From: Elusimicrobiota bacterium
GTDB taxonomy: Bacteria; Elusimicrobiota; Elusimicrobia; UBA1565; JACRDR01
Length of the DNA: 62,745 nucleotides
Assembly: GCA_041694815.1 (NCBI GenBank)
Contig: JBGFSC010000012.1
Span: forward strand, 1-62,745
Direction of reading: 5' to 3'
The notes below the pieces were generated by a model, which searched no databases, was not told where the DNA came from, and saw only the letters and a program-made list of their open reading frames with translations. Positions 44,771-54,904 of the stretch are shown here, piece after piece (within the stretch, counting starts at the first letter, position 1; the number at the start of each line of letters is the position of its first letter). The translations under genes and the position numbers were made by a program.

Positions 44771-46025
44771 GCCGGATCAAATCCTCGTAGAGTTCACGCC
44801 GCCGTACTATGCTAAATCCCGCTTCCCCAACCAAGACCTCCGGAGGACGAGGCCTGGAGTTGTACTGGGAAGCCATGGAAAAACCATAGGCGCCGGTTTT
44901 AAGAACCGCCAATAGATCTCCCCCCTCCAGAGGCGGCAGGCGGCGGCGTTTCGCCAAAAAATCCCCTGATTCGCAGATCGGACCCACCACATCGAACTCT
45001 TCCATGGTTTTTTTAGACTCGCGAATCGGCAGGATCGGATGATGGGCTCCATAGAGCGACGGTCGAAGCAGGTCGTTCATGGCGGCGTCGACGACGAGAA
45101 AACGCGCGTTCGCCCCCTTTTTCCGATAAAGGACGCGCGTAATTAGGATTCCAGCATCCGCGACAAGATACCTTCCTGGTTCGAGAATTAATTCCACCGG
45201 CAATCGCTCAAGCTCGGGCAAAAGGACCCGGGCGAGCTTGCCCGGATCCAGTATCTTTTCTCCGGGTGCGTAAGGTACTCCGATCCCCCCTCCTAGGTCC
45301 AGGAATTCCAGGTGGCACCCTTGCTTGCGCAATTTCCCTTCAGTCTCCAGCATGGCCTTCAAGGCCTTCTTGAATGGCTCCGTCACGACGATCTGGGATC
45401 CGATATGGCAGTGTAGGCCTTTCGGCCGCAGCCATGGATCCGCCGAAGCCCGCTTATAAAGCGCAATCGCCTCTTCTTGGGATACGCCGAACTTGGTGTC
45501 CGCCCCGCCGGTGGCGATATGGGCGTGTCCGCCTGCATGGATGTCCGGATTGAGGCGGATCGAGATCGATGCCTTCAGCTTGAGTCGCCGGGCTACGCTC
45601 CGCAGGGCCTCGAACTCCTCGGTTGACTCCACATTAACGGCCTTGATTTTTTCCCGCACCGCCAGTGCCAGCTCCTCCTGGGTCTTCCCCACCCCGGAGA
45701 AAAGCGTGCGTTCCGGAGAGAAGCCGCAGCCTAAGGCGCGGCGCAATTCCCCCCCCGAGACGACCTCGGCCCCGGAGCCCAGCCCCGCCAGCAGGCGGCA
45801 GACACCTCCGTTACTGTTGGCCTTGAGCGCGTAGCAGATCAGCGGCGCCTTCTTGGAAAAGGCGCGCCGAAGCCGCTCGAAACGGTCTCGGATGGTGTCG
45901 GCGGAATAGACGTAGACGGGAGTCCCGGTCCGCTGGGCGATCTTCTCGATAGGCACGCCCTCGATTGCCAAGCGGCCGTCCCTATAAGCAAGCGACGCAT
46001 CGGCTAAATCGCTTCTGGTTGGCAT
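44760..46025 (-). CDS. lysA: Diaminopimelate decarboxylase
   Basis: GTPVYVY, YALKAN, HCHIGSQ, EPGRY, CESGD, YNSRP. Confidence 0.95.
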   Translation of the reverse strand: MPTRSDLADASLAYRDGRLAIEGVPIEKIAQRTGTPVYVYSADTIRDRFERLRRAFSKKAPLICYALKANSNGGVCRLLAGLGSGAEVVSGGELRRALGCGFSPERTLFSGVGKTQEELALAVREKIKAVNVESTEEFEALRSVARRLKLKASISIRLNPDIHAGGHAHIATGGADTKFGVSQEEAIALYKRASADPWLRPKGLHCHIGSQIVVTEPFKKALKAMLETEGKLRKQGCHLEFLDLGGGIGVPYAPGEKILDPGKLARVLLPELERLPVELILEPGRYLVADAGILITRVLYRKKGANARFLVVDAAMNDLLRPSLYGAHHPILPIRESKKTMEEFDVVGPICESGDFLAKRRRLPPLEGGDLLAVLKTGAYGFSMASQYNSRPRPPEVLVGEAGFSIVRRRELYEDLIRHER

Positions 46026-46157
46026 AGGTCTAGGGGGATTTTTCCAAATATGTTCATGTCCGTCCAATGTCAAGGACTCGGCGCCTCCTTCACGGAGCGG
46101 GGCCTAGACCCTCTCACGCGCGAGCTTGCGCCCACGCTTGTCCAGCCAAGTGGGTTT

Positions 46158-49061
46158 TCAGAAAAGCGGCCCCAAGTAGACGTAAAAGACGCCCGGGGTG
46201 TTGGCGGTAGTCGGCCGGGCGTAATCGAAGGCTAGCACGAGCGGGAAGAGCTGCAGGATGAAGGCGTGCAGGCGCAGTCCCGCCCCAATCGACTGGTTGA
46301 TGTCCCCCCACCGGGCGGTGGCCAGCTGCCTCCTGCTGTTCCACACGTAGCCGGCATCGGTGAACACGGCTCCCGTGACGGCCTTGAAATAAAAGTCCGG
46401 GAAAAAATACCACATGTAATAATCCATGTTTTTCCATACCGGAAAGCGCCACTCCGCGGTCGTCAACAACGCTCGGTTGCCGACATTCTCCACGACGCTG
46501 GCGGCGTATCCCCTAATGCCTCCGAGCCCACCGAGCTGGAATTGATGGCGGTTGGGCCCGTTGCTGTCCGCGATGAATCCCTTGAGCGCCAGCGCGCTCC
46601 AGGAACCCGTCGGGATGAATTGGTGGGCGATGGCGGCGAAGGTATTGTAGCGGACGTTTCCTCCCAGGTTGGGGTAGGCCGATTGAAATCCAAGCCTCAG
46701 CCGCGATCCGAACGTGGCCACCAGGTAACGGCCCCCCACGGTGTCGCGCACGAAAGCCGCCGAGGCGATCCGCTCCCGCTGCTCGTTGTTGGCGGCAGGA
46801 TTTCCGGGATAGCTCCTGGAGTTTTCGACCGACGCGAGCAGGGTCTCAATCCGGTGGAACCGGTCGAGCGGGTAGGCGGCCCCGGCGATCTGAGCGTGCG
46901 CCGATTGGTTGGCCGTGGTCCGATTGGTCGGATCGGTCGCGTTTTCCTGAATCACGCCTACCGCGGCTAGGCTTAACTGCGGCCTGAAGCGCCTGTAGGC
47001 GTATTGCGTCTGATAATTATAATACCCCTGTCCCGTATTCATCGTGGTCATGGCGCCGAGTTGGTGATTGCCCAGCATGTCCGATCCCTGCCAATACCCC
47101 ATCAGGAACAGGCCGCCCTGCGAGGAATAAAACAGCGCCGGCAGCAGCAGGTCCGTCGAGAACTTAAATCCATAGGGACGGGCCTCTCCGAGATCAGCAG
47201 CCGCGGTCGAGCGCCATACCGCGCCCCTCCAAGTGGACGTGCTAATCGACATGCCGGGCAGGCGTTCGGGCGCGGAGCCGATCTGCAGCGAGGAGGGGCC
47301 CGGCAGGAATTTGGCCTCAAGCACCGGCTCATTTAGCAGGCTCGCCCGTCTGGCACGATAAATATGGACGCTATTGCGGCGGAAAGAGGAAAAGGCGATC
47401 TCGCCGGCCGGCGTGTAGATGGGCGTGAGGCTCGCCCCAATGCTCCGCGTCAACCTCCAAACGCGACCTGACTCCAGCTCCAACTCGTAGATATCCGCGA
47501 AGCCCTTTCCCTGCAGACCGAAAAGTATCCGCCTGCCATCCGCGGAAAAGACGGGGTCCCGCGCCTCGCCCGCGAGCTCCAAGAGGCGTTGGGTCTTGCC
47601 GGTCGCCAGGTCGACCCGATAAAGGCGGCGCTGATAGGGATGCCCGCTAGCCTCGAGCTTCACCTCGGAGCTGTATATCAGGTATCTGCCGTCCGGAGAA
47701 AAGGCCGGAGATTGGTCGTCAGCCGGATCATTGGTTACCGCCTCGATTCTCCCCGATGTTCGGTCGAGCAGATACAGGTTCGTGACGGAGTCCTTCATTC
47801 CCGTGAACGCGATGCGCCGTCCGTCCGGGGAGAAAGCAGGTTCGGAAGCGGTCATGAAGCCAGGTAGGGGAACGCGGCTTAGGCGGCCGCGCCGGAGGTC
47901 GTAGAGGAACAGTGATTCCCGGTGATTTTTTTGCCCGACGAACGCCAAGGTCCCGCCGTCCGGCGAGAGGGCGAGCACCCTCGAGAGCTGCACGAAACGC
48001 CCGAGCTCGATGTTCTCTAACCTAACGAAGCGCCGCAGCACCAGCGCCCTCCGCCGTCCGGTATGGAGGTCCTGGATCATGACGGTCGGTGGATGGCCGG
48101 CCCTGGTGCTTATATACGCCATGCGCCGACCGTCGGGAGTGAACACCGGGCTTGTATTGAACTCCGGCAGGGTGCTCGTGCCGGTGGTCAAACGGACGCC
48201 AAAGGCCGTCGGCTCCTGGAGCCTCTCGCGGCGGAGGACCCGTCGATAGCGCTCCTCCAGGAATTCGCGCCATTTCTTGTCGAAAGCGAAGATGTCCATG
48301 CCGACGAGCTCCTGAAGCATCGCATTGGACTCGAAACGGGACTCGAACAGCCGGAGCATTTCCCCGATCTTTTCCTGCCCATACTGGGAGGCGACGAACT
48401 CCATGAGGGTCGCCCCGCTCTTGTAGGCCAGCGTCACCTGATGGGGCTTTAAGTGGCTGAAATGCTCGAGCTTCCACAAGGGGATGAGCCCCCCCGAGGT
48501 CGCCGCGTCGCGGACGTAATATTCCTGGGTAGTATCGTCGAGCCCGGCGGTGAAATATTCCGCCATGCCCTCCATCATCCACAACGGATAGACGACCGAT
48601 TTGAGTATCCGCGCCGACTTCCAAAAACCCGAGACCAAAACGCTGTACTGGAATACATGAACTAGCTCGTGCGTCGCGACGTCATCGAGCCATTGCTTAG
48701 TGCCATCGTTATAGATCATGAAGCGGTCCTTGAACGCTTCCGTCACGCCGCCCGTACCGTCACCCACCTCGACGATGTTCGACTGCTGCATGTCGTTGAC
48801 GCTGGCGTACAGGAAGAAGGGCCGACGCTCCTTGAAGGTGGCCGATAGACCGCGGGAAATCTTGGCATACGCCTTTTCCAGGATATCGGCGGCGGCCGGC
48901 ACCAGCGGCTCGGAGCCTTCGTAATAGTGGATGTCGAAATGCTCGGTCGATCGGATCTGCCAGTGGAAATCGCGCAGGACGACGTGATTCTGACCGAAAC
49001 CCTGCCCTTGGGAAGGGCACGCGATCAGCGAGAGGGTGGCCGCGAGCAGGCGGCCTCTCAT
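46158..49061 (-). CDS. Outer-membrane protein: HExxH peptidase-like domain, PD40/TolB-like propeller and BamA/TamA-like barrel
   Basis: FGQN, HELVH, PLWMMEGMAEY, repeated P.FSPDG, LGGLGGIRGY, terminal LGPLF. Confidence 0.82.
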   Translation of the reverse strand: MRGRLLAATLSLIACPSQGQGFGQNHVVLRDFHWQIRSTEHFDIHYYEGSEPLVPAAADILEKAYAKISRGLSATFKERRPFFLYASVNDMQQSNIVEVGDGTGGVTEAFKDRFMIYNDGTKQWLDDVATHELVHVFQYSVLVSGFWKSARILKSVVYPLWMMEGMAEYFTAGLDDTTQEYYVRDAATSGGLIPLWKLEHFSHLKPHQVTLAYKSGATLMEFVASQYGQEKIGEMLRLFESRFESNAMLQELVGMDIFAFDKKWREFLEERYRRVLRRERLQEPTAFGVRLTTGTSTLPEFNTSPVFTPDGRRMAYISTRAGHPPTVMIQDLHTGRRRALVLRRFVRLENIELGRFVQLSRVLALSPDGGTLAFVGQKNHRESLFLYDLRRGRLSRVPLPGFMTASEPAFSPDGRRIAFTGMKDSVTNLYLLDRTSGRIEAVTNDPADDQSPAFSPDGRYLIYSSEVKLEASGHPYQRRLYRVDLATGKTQRLLELAGEARDPVFSADGRRILFGLQGKGFADIYELELESGRVWRLTRSIGASLTPIYTPAGEIAFSSFRRNSVHIYRARRASLLNEPVLEAKFLPGPSSLQIGSAPERLPGMSISTSTWRGAVWRSTAAADLGEARPYGFKFSTDLLLPALFYSSQGGLFLMGYWQGSDMLGNHQLGAMTTMNTGQGYYNYQTQYAYRRFRPQLSLAAVGVIQENATDPTNRTTANQSAHAQIAGAAYPLDRFHRIETLLASVENSRSYPGNPAANNEQRERIASAAFVRDTVGGRYLVATFGSRLRLGFQSAYPNLGGNVRYNTFAAIAHQFIPTGSWSALALKGFIADSNGPNRHQFQLGGLGGIRGYAASVVENVGNRALLTTAEWRFPVWKNMDYYMWYFFPDFYFKAVTGAVFTDAGYVWNSRRQLATARWGDINQSIGAGLRLHAFILQLFPLVLAFDYARPTTANTPGVFYVYLGPLF

Positions 49062-50008
49062 TTTTTGCGAGTTGAGGAGGACCGGGAGCGGACCAGCCGC
49101 TGTGCCGACTGGATTGCCCTCAAGGCGGCCTTGGCCTTGGCGTGCTTCGGATCGAGCTTGAGTATCTCCTCCCAGTGCGATTGCGCGAGGGCCGTCACCT
49201 TAAGCTTGTCGTAAACCGTGGCCATGGCATTGTGCACGACCAAGGGAGAGAGGCCCTCCAAGTCCGGCGCCCCGTCGACGGGCTTGACCCGCTCGAAATG
49301 CTCGCGGGCCCTCTCCCAATCCTGGGATTCTAGGGCCATTTGGCCCAGATGAAAATGCGCGCGGCGCCGCCAGGCGGGCCGTTCGGAGAGCTTTTCGAGA
49401 ATCTCGGCGGCCTCCCCGGCGCGCTTGGCGCCCACCAGGCTCAAGGCCAGATTCTCCTCGACGACCGGATCGGAGCGGCGCCGCAGGAGCAGGCGATAGT
49501 GCTCCGCGGCTTCCTCAAAGCGGCCATTCTGGTAAAGCAGCTTGGCCAAGAGTAAGCGGGTTTCGCGATCCTCCGGCACGTTTCTCAAGAATCTTTGGTA
49601 GGACGCCACCGCGTAGGGGTAAAGTCCTTCCTCCTGGTACATCACCCCCAGGTAGTAGAAGATCTGCGGCGACGTGGAGCCCAAGCGCCTGGCCTCCTCC
49701 AATTCGTTGATCGCGACGGGATAAAACTCCTTGCCTTTCTGGAAATGCAGCCGCCCCGCCTCGACCAGCGCGCGAATGTCCTCGGGGTTGGATTCCAAAC
49801 GTTCCAACGTGGCCTTGAGCTGGGCCTCAAGAGCCGGCGCCGGCAGGAATTGGAAATCCCTGCGCGGGAAGGAATTATCTCCCGAGCGCCCGGCCAATCC
49901 CCACAGCAGCACCCCGGCCAAGGCGCTGATCGCCAGCAGAGCCACGACGGCCCTCGCCGCCTCGGGATCGGCGAGAATCTGCGAGAGATGCTGGCGCCTT
50001 CGCGTCAA
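49058..50008 (-). CDS. Membrane-anchored TPR protein
   Basis: Single TM followed by several TPR repeats. Confidence 0.78.
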   Translation of the reverse strand: MTRRRQHLSQILADPEAARAVVALLAISALAGVLLWGLAGRSGDNSFPRRDFQFLPAPALEAQLKATLERLESNPEDIRALVEAGRLHFQKGKEFYPVAINELEEARRLGSTSPQIFYYLGVMYQEEGLYPYAVASYQRFLRNVPEDRETRLLLAKLLYQNGRFEEAAEHYRLLLRRRSDPVVEENLALSLVGAKRAGEAAEILEKLSERPAWRRRAHFHLGQMALESQDWERAREHFERVKPVDGAPDLEGLSPLVVHNAMATVYDKLKVTALAQSHWEEILKLDPKHAKAKAALRAIQSAQRLVRSRSSSTRKK

Positions 50009-51180
50009 TGCCCCTCCTCCGGATTGAGTAGCTGACCCAAGGTGAGCGCCGGTGCTCCCTTTAGATAGCGGGCGACGCGCTTGCGGTCCTGCACGTCCTC
50101 ATAGCGCCTAATGGACACCGTAAGCTCGAAGGTATTGTAGTTGACGCCGATGACAATCGCCGAAACCTCCTCGCCGACCTTAGGCCAAAGGGGAGGAGCC
50201 TCCTTGCGGGCGTCGCTCGCCGCCTCCGGCCGCAACTCCGCGCGCGGCAATTCGTTGGCGGGGCAAAACGCCGTGACCGAATCGTTAAGCTTCATCCGCA
50301 CCCCATCGGAGGCGGCCTCCACGATCTTACCCTTGACCACCGTTTTGGCAGGATACTTCTTTTTCAAATGATCCGCAGGATTGGCGGTCAATTGGCGTAA
50401 GCCCAGGGCGATGCGCCCGGATTGGGCATCCACCCGAAGTACCTTCGCGCGCACCTTGCTCCCGTAAGCCAGGGCCGCCTTCGCCTTCTCCGGGGCCTTC
50501 CAGGCGACGTCCTCGGTCGCGATGAAGCCCTGCGCGGCGCCAAGCTGCACCGTCACACCCGAAGGACTCGACGGGCCGACGCGGCCGATGAGCACGTCGC
50601 CCACCTTGATCCTTTCGAGTAGCTTGGCCTTGCGCTTTTGGTTCTCCTCCTCGAGCACCGCCTTCCGCGAGAGGATCAGCTGGCCCTTGGCCGCGTCCAT
50701 CTCAATGATATAGCAGCGCACCCCAGTGCCGACCAGGGCTTGCGGCTTTCGGACCGGGCGCAGGTCCGCCAACGAGGAGGGAAGGAACGCCGGCACCCCA
50801 CCCACGTCCACCAGGAAGCCTCCCTTGACCGCGGAGCCCACGGTCCCGCGCACGCGGGTCTTCTCCTGAAAGGCCTTCTGGGCCTGGCTCCACCCAAGGG
50901 CGCGGCGTGCCTTCTTATGGGAAAGAACCGCCGGGGTGTCTCCCTTCCCATAGCTTACCAGGACGACCGGGATACGGCTGCCGACGGCGGGAGGAGGGGC
51001 AAATTCCGCCAGGGGAACCATCGCCTCGCGCTTTTCGCCAATATCGGCCAGGACCTGGTCCCCTTGCACCTGTACCACCTTCACCCAAACGATCTCGCGC
51101 GCCTTGAGCTTCTCCTGGAATTGCGCGGCTTCCGCCAAGAGATCCTCCATGCTCATCTCGCCCGCCGGACTGTTCTCCAT
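50005..51180 (-). CDS. rpsA: Short S1-domain RNA-binding protein (ribosomal protein S1-like)
   Basis: DIGEKREA, VKGGFLVDVGGVPAFLPSS, LSRK; about four S1 repeats; GAGGTG RBS; downstream of cmk. Confidence 0.75.
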   Translation of the reverse strand: MENSPAGEMSMEDLLAEAAQFQEKLKAREIVWVKVVQVQGDQVLADIGEKREAMVPLAEFAPPPAVGSRIPVVLVSYGKGDTPAVLSHKKARRALGWSQAQKAFQEKTRVRGTVGSAVKGGFLVDVGGVPAFLPSSLADLRPVRKPQALVGTGVRCYIIEMDAAKGQLILSRKAVLEEENQKRKAKLLERIKVGDVLIGRVGPSSPSGVTVQLGAAQGFIATEDVAWKAPEKAKAALAYGSKVRAKVLRVDAQSGRIALGLRQLTANPADHLKKKYPAKTVVKGKIVEAASDGVRMKLNDSVTAFCPANELPRAELRPEAASDARKEAPPLWPKVGEEVSAIVIGVNYNTFELTVSIRRYEDVQDRKRVARYLKGAPALTLGQLLNPEEGH

Positions 51181-51197
51181 GTCACCACCTCGCTCCG

Positions 51198-51782
51198 TCA
51201 TAATCGGGAAATCGCCTCCATGACTTGGTCGGAAAAAATCTGGCACTGCTCCCGCTCCCCTGCGAAGCGCATCGGCGGGCCGAAACGAATGCCGATGGGG
51301 CGGACCGCCGGGAAGCGGTCGGTGTTGAGCATCCGAGCGGGCACCACGGAGGCACCGGAGGCGTACGCCAAAAAACCCGCGCCCGGCTTGCCGCGGCCTA
51401 GCCCCCCGGTACGCGAACGGGTTCCTTCGGGGAACATCACCAGGCACCCGTCCTTGCGCAGCACCGATAGGGCCCACTTGATCGCAGCGATGTCCCCGCG
51501 GCTGCGGTCTAAGGACTGACCGCCGTTCTCCCGCAACCACCAGCCGAGGCCAGGGATCCTAAAGAGCTCCTCCTTGGCTAGGAAGCGCGTATGGCGCACG
51601 CGTTGTGAGGCGATGACCGCGAGAAAGCCGTCAAGCCAGCTGACATGATTGCATGCGATAATCACCGGACCGGATGCCGGGATATGCTCGATGCCCTCGA
51701 AGCGCAGCCCCCAAAGGCTGTCGAGGGCCAATGGGATGATGACGTGCGACGCGCGCCCCACCCAGGTTTGCTCGAGCGTCAT
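51198..51782 (-). CDS. plsC: 1-acyl-sn-glycerol-3-phosphate acyltransferase
   Basis: NHVSWLD, FLAKEELF, FPEGTRS. Confidence 0.9.
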   Translation of the reverse strand: MTLEQTWVGRASHVIIPLALDSLWGLRFEGIEHIPASGPVIIACNHVSWLDGFLAVIASQRVRHTRFLAKEELFRIPGLGWWLRENGGQSLDRSRGDIAAIKWALSVLRKDGCLVMFPEGTRSRTGGLGRGKPGAGFLAYASGASVVPARMLNTDRFPAVRPIGIRFGPPMRFAGEREQCQIFSDQVMEAISRL

Positions 51783-52375
51783 AACTTGAAAATAGCCTCC
51801 ATCACCCGGTCGGCGAAGGCCTGGCAGTCCGCGCGCTCGGCTTTTCCCTGAAAACGCAGCAAGGGGCCGAAGCTGACCCGCAATTTCGCGCGGCCGGGGA
51901 ATTTTTCGGTGTCGCGCAGGCGCGCCGGCAGCACCGGAGCCGCGGCATGATAAGCCATGAAACCGATGCCCGGCTTCGGGCGCAGCGGCGCGCCGGTGCG
52001 CGAGCGCGTCCCCTCCGGGGCGACGACGACGCAGCCTTCTTGCCGCAGCACTGAAAGAACCCAACGGATCGCGCCGACATCCCCATGCCCCCGGTCCAGG
52101 GGAACGACGCCGTTGTTGCGAAAAAACCACGTGACGAAGCGGTTCTTGAACAATTCCTGCTTGGCGATGAAACGCGGGTAGCGCACGGGGTCTAAGGCAA
52201 CCGCGATGGCCACCGGGTCGAGCCAGTGGACATGGTTGTGGGCGACGATCAGGCGCCCCTCCGGCGGGACGCCTTCTAGGCCGTCGACGCGCAATCCCCA
52301 GAAGTTCCGCAACAGGAAGCCGACCGTGGCCTGCATGAAGTCATTGAGCCGGGTGGGGCTTTCGGCGGCGTTCAT
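51779..52375 (-). CDS. plsC: 1-acyl-sn-glycerol-3-phosphate acyltransferase (tandem paralog)
   Basis: NHVHWLD, FIAKQELF, APEGTRS. Confidence 0.9.
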   Translation of the reverse strand: MNAAESPTRLNDFMQATVGFLLRNFWGLRVDGLEGVPPEGRLIVAHNHVHWLDPVAIAVALDPVRYPRFIAKQELFKNRFVTWFFRNNGVVPLDRGHGDVGAIRWVLSVLRQEGCVVVAPEGTRSRTGAPLRPKPGIGFMAYHAAAPVLPARLRDTEKFPGRAKLRVSFGPLLRFQGKAERADCQAFADRVMEAIFKL

Positions 52376-53088
52376 CGCTTCCCTCTGCGTCCGTTCATCC
52401 GGACCCGTACACGGCGGAGTATCTTGTCGGCCACCTGGCGGAGGCTCAAGCGGGTCGAATCGATGACGATGGCATCCTCGGCTTGGCGCAAGGGGTTGAT
52501 CTTGCGTTCCAAGTCCTGCACGTCGCGCGCGACGATGGCCTCCTGGATCTTGAGCAGGCTCACGTCGTGCCCGGAGGCCTTAAGTTGGCGGTAGCGGCGC
52601 TGGGCGCGCTCCTCGATCGACGCGTCGAGGTACACCTTGACCTCGGCGTCCGGGAAAACGTTCGTGGTGATGTCCCGTCCCTCCATCACGATGCCGCCGT
52701 CCTTGCCGAGCTCGCGCTGCAGCATGCGCAGGTGCTGCCGGACACCGGGCACGCCCGCGACCACGCTGGAGTTTTTACTTACCTTCTCGTCGCGGATCTG
52801 GAGGGTGACCCCTTCCCCGTCGAGGTAGGTCTTGAGCGTGGTACCCTCCTCGGTGGGCTTAAACTCCCACTTGAGGCGCTTGGCCAGCTGCGTCAAGGCG
52901 GGGCCGTCGCCGGGATCGAGCCCCTCCTCTAGGGCCTTCCAGGTCAGGGCGCGGTACATTTCGCCCGTATTGATAAAGTGGTACCCGAGGCGCTTGGCGA
53001 CCAGGTGGCCGACGGTCGACTTGCCCACGCCCGCCGGGCCATCCATCGCGATGATCCAGCGCTTGCGCTTGGCCGCTTTGACGCTCAT
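52372..53088 (-). CDS. cmk: Cytidylate kinase
   Basis: DGPAGVGKST, TGEMYRA, EGRDI. Confidence 0.95.
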   Translation of the reverse strand: MSVKAAKRKRWIIAMDGPAGVGKSTVGHLVAKRLGYHFINTGEMYRALTWKALEEGLDPGDGPALTQLAKRLKWEFKPTEEGTTLKTYLDGEGVTLQIRDEKVSKNSSVVAGVPGVRQHLRMLQRELGKDGGIVMEGRDITTNVFPDAEVKVYLDASIEERAQRRYRQLKASGHDVSLLKIQEAIVARDVQDLERKINPLRQAEDAIVIDSTRLSLRQVADKILRRVRVRMNGRRGKR

Positions 53089-54197
53089 GGAGAGTCCCCA
53101 TTGAGCGCCGTGGGCAACGCCGCGATCAGGATCCGGTTTTCCGCCGCGGACGCCACGGAAATGCGCACGTGATGGGCCAGCCCGTATTCGTCCAAGGGCC
53201 GGATGATCACGCCGAACTTGAGCAGGCGATTGAACAGGGTCCGGCCCTCCGTCTCGCAATGCACGAAAAGGAAGTTCGCCGCGGAGTCGGAAACCCCGAA
53301 GCCCTTGTCGCGCAGCTGCGCGGCGAGGATCTCGCGGTTCTTGACCGTCAGCGACACCCCGCGCCTTAGAAACGCCGAATCCTTGAGCGCCTCGAGCGCT
53401 GCCCTCTGGGCCAGCAGGCTGACGTTGAACGGCATCCGGATGCGGTCGAGCCAGCTGACCAGCTCCGCGTCGCCCACGCCGTAGCCGACCCGCAATCCCG
53501 CCAACCCGTAGGCCTTCGAGAAGGTGCGCAGCACGACGACGTTGGGGTGCTTGCGCACCAGCTCGGGAATCGAATCATGATAATCGTCGCGGCCGCAGGC
53601 GTAGTGATAATAGGCCTCGTCGAGCACGACGAGCGTCGCCGCGGGGACCCTTTTGAGCAAGGCCGCGACTTGGGACCGGTCGTTGTAGGTTCCGGTCGGG
53701 TTGTTGGGACTGGCGATAAATAGCATCTTGGTCCGGGGAGAGACGGCTCGCCCCATGGTCTCTAAATCATGCGTCCAGTCGACCATCGGCACCTCGATGA
53801 CGCGGGCACCCATGAGCATGGACTGCTGCTTGAAGCGGATAAAGCCGTATTGGGAGACGATAACCTCGTCGTCGGGAGACAGGAAGGCCTCGCAGAGCAG
53901 TCGGATGATCTCGTCGGAGCCGTTGCCGACGATCACCTGTCCCGGCGAGACCCCGAGCTCCCTGGCCAAGGCCTGCCGCAACAGCGGGCTGGCTCCCTCG
54001 GGATAGAGGTGGAGCTCACGGGCGTGCTTTTTCACGGCGGCGAGGGCCCTCGGGGAGGGACCCAGGAAATTCTCATTAGAGGCCAGCTTGACGACGCGCC
54101 GCAAGCCCAATTCCCGCTGCACCTCGGCGATGGGCTTTCCCGGGAAATACGGCGTGACGCCGCGCACGCAGGGTCGGGTCAACAGCTCGATTCCCAT
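53085..54197 (-). CDS. hisC: Histidinol-phosphate aminotransferase
   Basis: KLASNEN, GNGSDE, PNNPTG, DEAY, RTFSKAYGLAGLRVG. Confidence 0.93.
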   Translation of the reverse strand: MGIELLTRPCVRGVTPYFPGKPIAEVQRELGLRRVVKLASNENFLGPSPRALAAVKKHARELHLYPEGASPLLRQALARELGVSPGQVIVGNGSDEIIRLLCEAFLSPDDEVIVSQYGFIRFKQQSMLMGARVIEVPMVDWTHDLETMGRAVSPRTKMLFIASPNNPTGTYNDRSQVAALLKRVPAATLVVLDEAYYHYACGRDDYHDSIPELVRKHPNVVVLRTFSKAYGLAGLRVGYGVGDAELVSWLDRIRMPFNVSLLAQRAALEALKDSAFLRRGVSLTVKNREILAAQLRDKGFGVSDSAANFLFVHCETEGRTLFNRLLKFGVIIRPLDEYGLAHHVRISVASAAENRILIAALPTALNGDSP

Positions 54198-54904
54198 CAG
54201 ACCCGCTCCCCTGGCAGGCCGATGAAGGCCATCATGCGCAGGTCCCTCTTGTCCCGCCGGAAGGAGTAGAAGCCTTCACCGCAGCAGGTGCATGACCGGC
54301 TCATCAAAATTCTCGCGGCATCGAGCCCTGATTCGACGAGTTGCCGACGGGCCTCCTCGCCGAGGTCGAGCCTGCCCTCGCGCGTCGCCTCCGGCCGGAA
54401 CCGGGCCGCCACCTCCGGGCCCACGCGATAGCAACAGGCCCCGATATGCGGTCCGATGGCGGCTTGAAGGCCTTGGGGGCCGATGCCGAAGCGCTTAAAC
54501 GCCCGCACACCGGCGCGGGGCATCCCCGCGGCGAGCCCGCGCCAGCCGGCGTGCAGGACACCGACCGCGCGAGCGCCGCGGTCCCACACGAAGATCGGCA
54601 AGCAGTCGGCGACGAACACCGCGCAGAGCCGCCCCGGCTCGGCGCAGACCCACCCGTCGCCCTCGGGCGGCTGCGCCTCTTCTCCCGCGGACCGCGGCTC
54701 GTGAATCGACGTCCCGTGCGTCTGGCGAAGCAGGAGGGGTCCCGCCCCTTTCCATCCAACCGCGCGTACGGCAGCGGCGCGGGAGCCTTCCTCGCGCATG
54801 TTGCCCAGCTCGCGCCCCGTCACGCCGTGCGTTATCCCGAGCGAACGAAGGCCCGCCTCCGAATAAAGACCGGCCTCCGCCGACCACGTGGACTCCAGGA
54901 TCAT
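54197..54904 (-). CDS. pgeF: YfiH/PgeF laccase-domain protein
   Basis: QTHG, ADCLP, HAGWRG, GPHIGACCY.VG, CTCC, YSFRR. Confidence 0.92.
   Translation of the reverse strand: MILESTWSAEAGLYSEAGLRSLGITHGVTGRELGNMREEGSRAAAVRAVGWKGAGPLLLRQTHGTSIHEPRSAGEEAQPPEGDGWVCAEPGRLCAVFVADCLPIFVWDRGARAVGVLHAGWRGLAAGMPRAGVRAFKRFGIGPQGLQAAIGPHIGACCYRVGPEVAARFRPEATREGRLDLGEEARRQLVESGLDAARILMSRSCTCCGEGFYSFRRDKRDLRMMAFIGLPGERV

Noticed and set aside
51181..51540. N-terminal extension of the S1 ORF (also those of ORFs starting at 167, 2127, 2558, 5346, 22219, 52130, 53259, 61025)
   Set aside because: They overlap neighbouring real genes in another frame; better starts with an RBS, overlap coupling or promoter lie downstream
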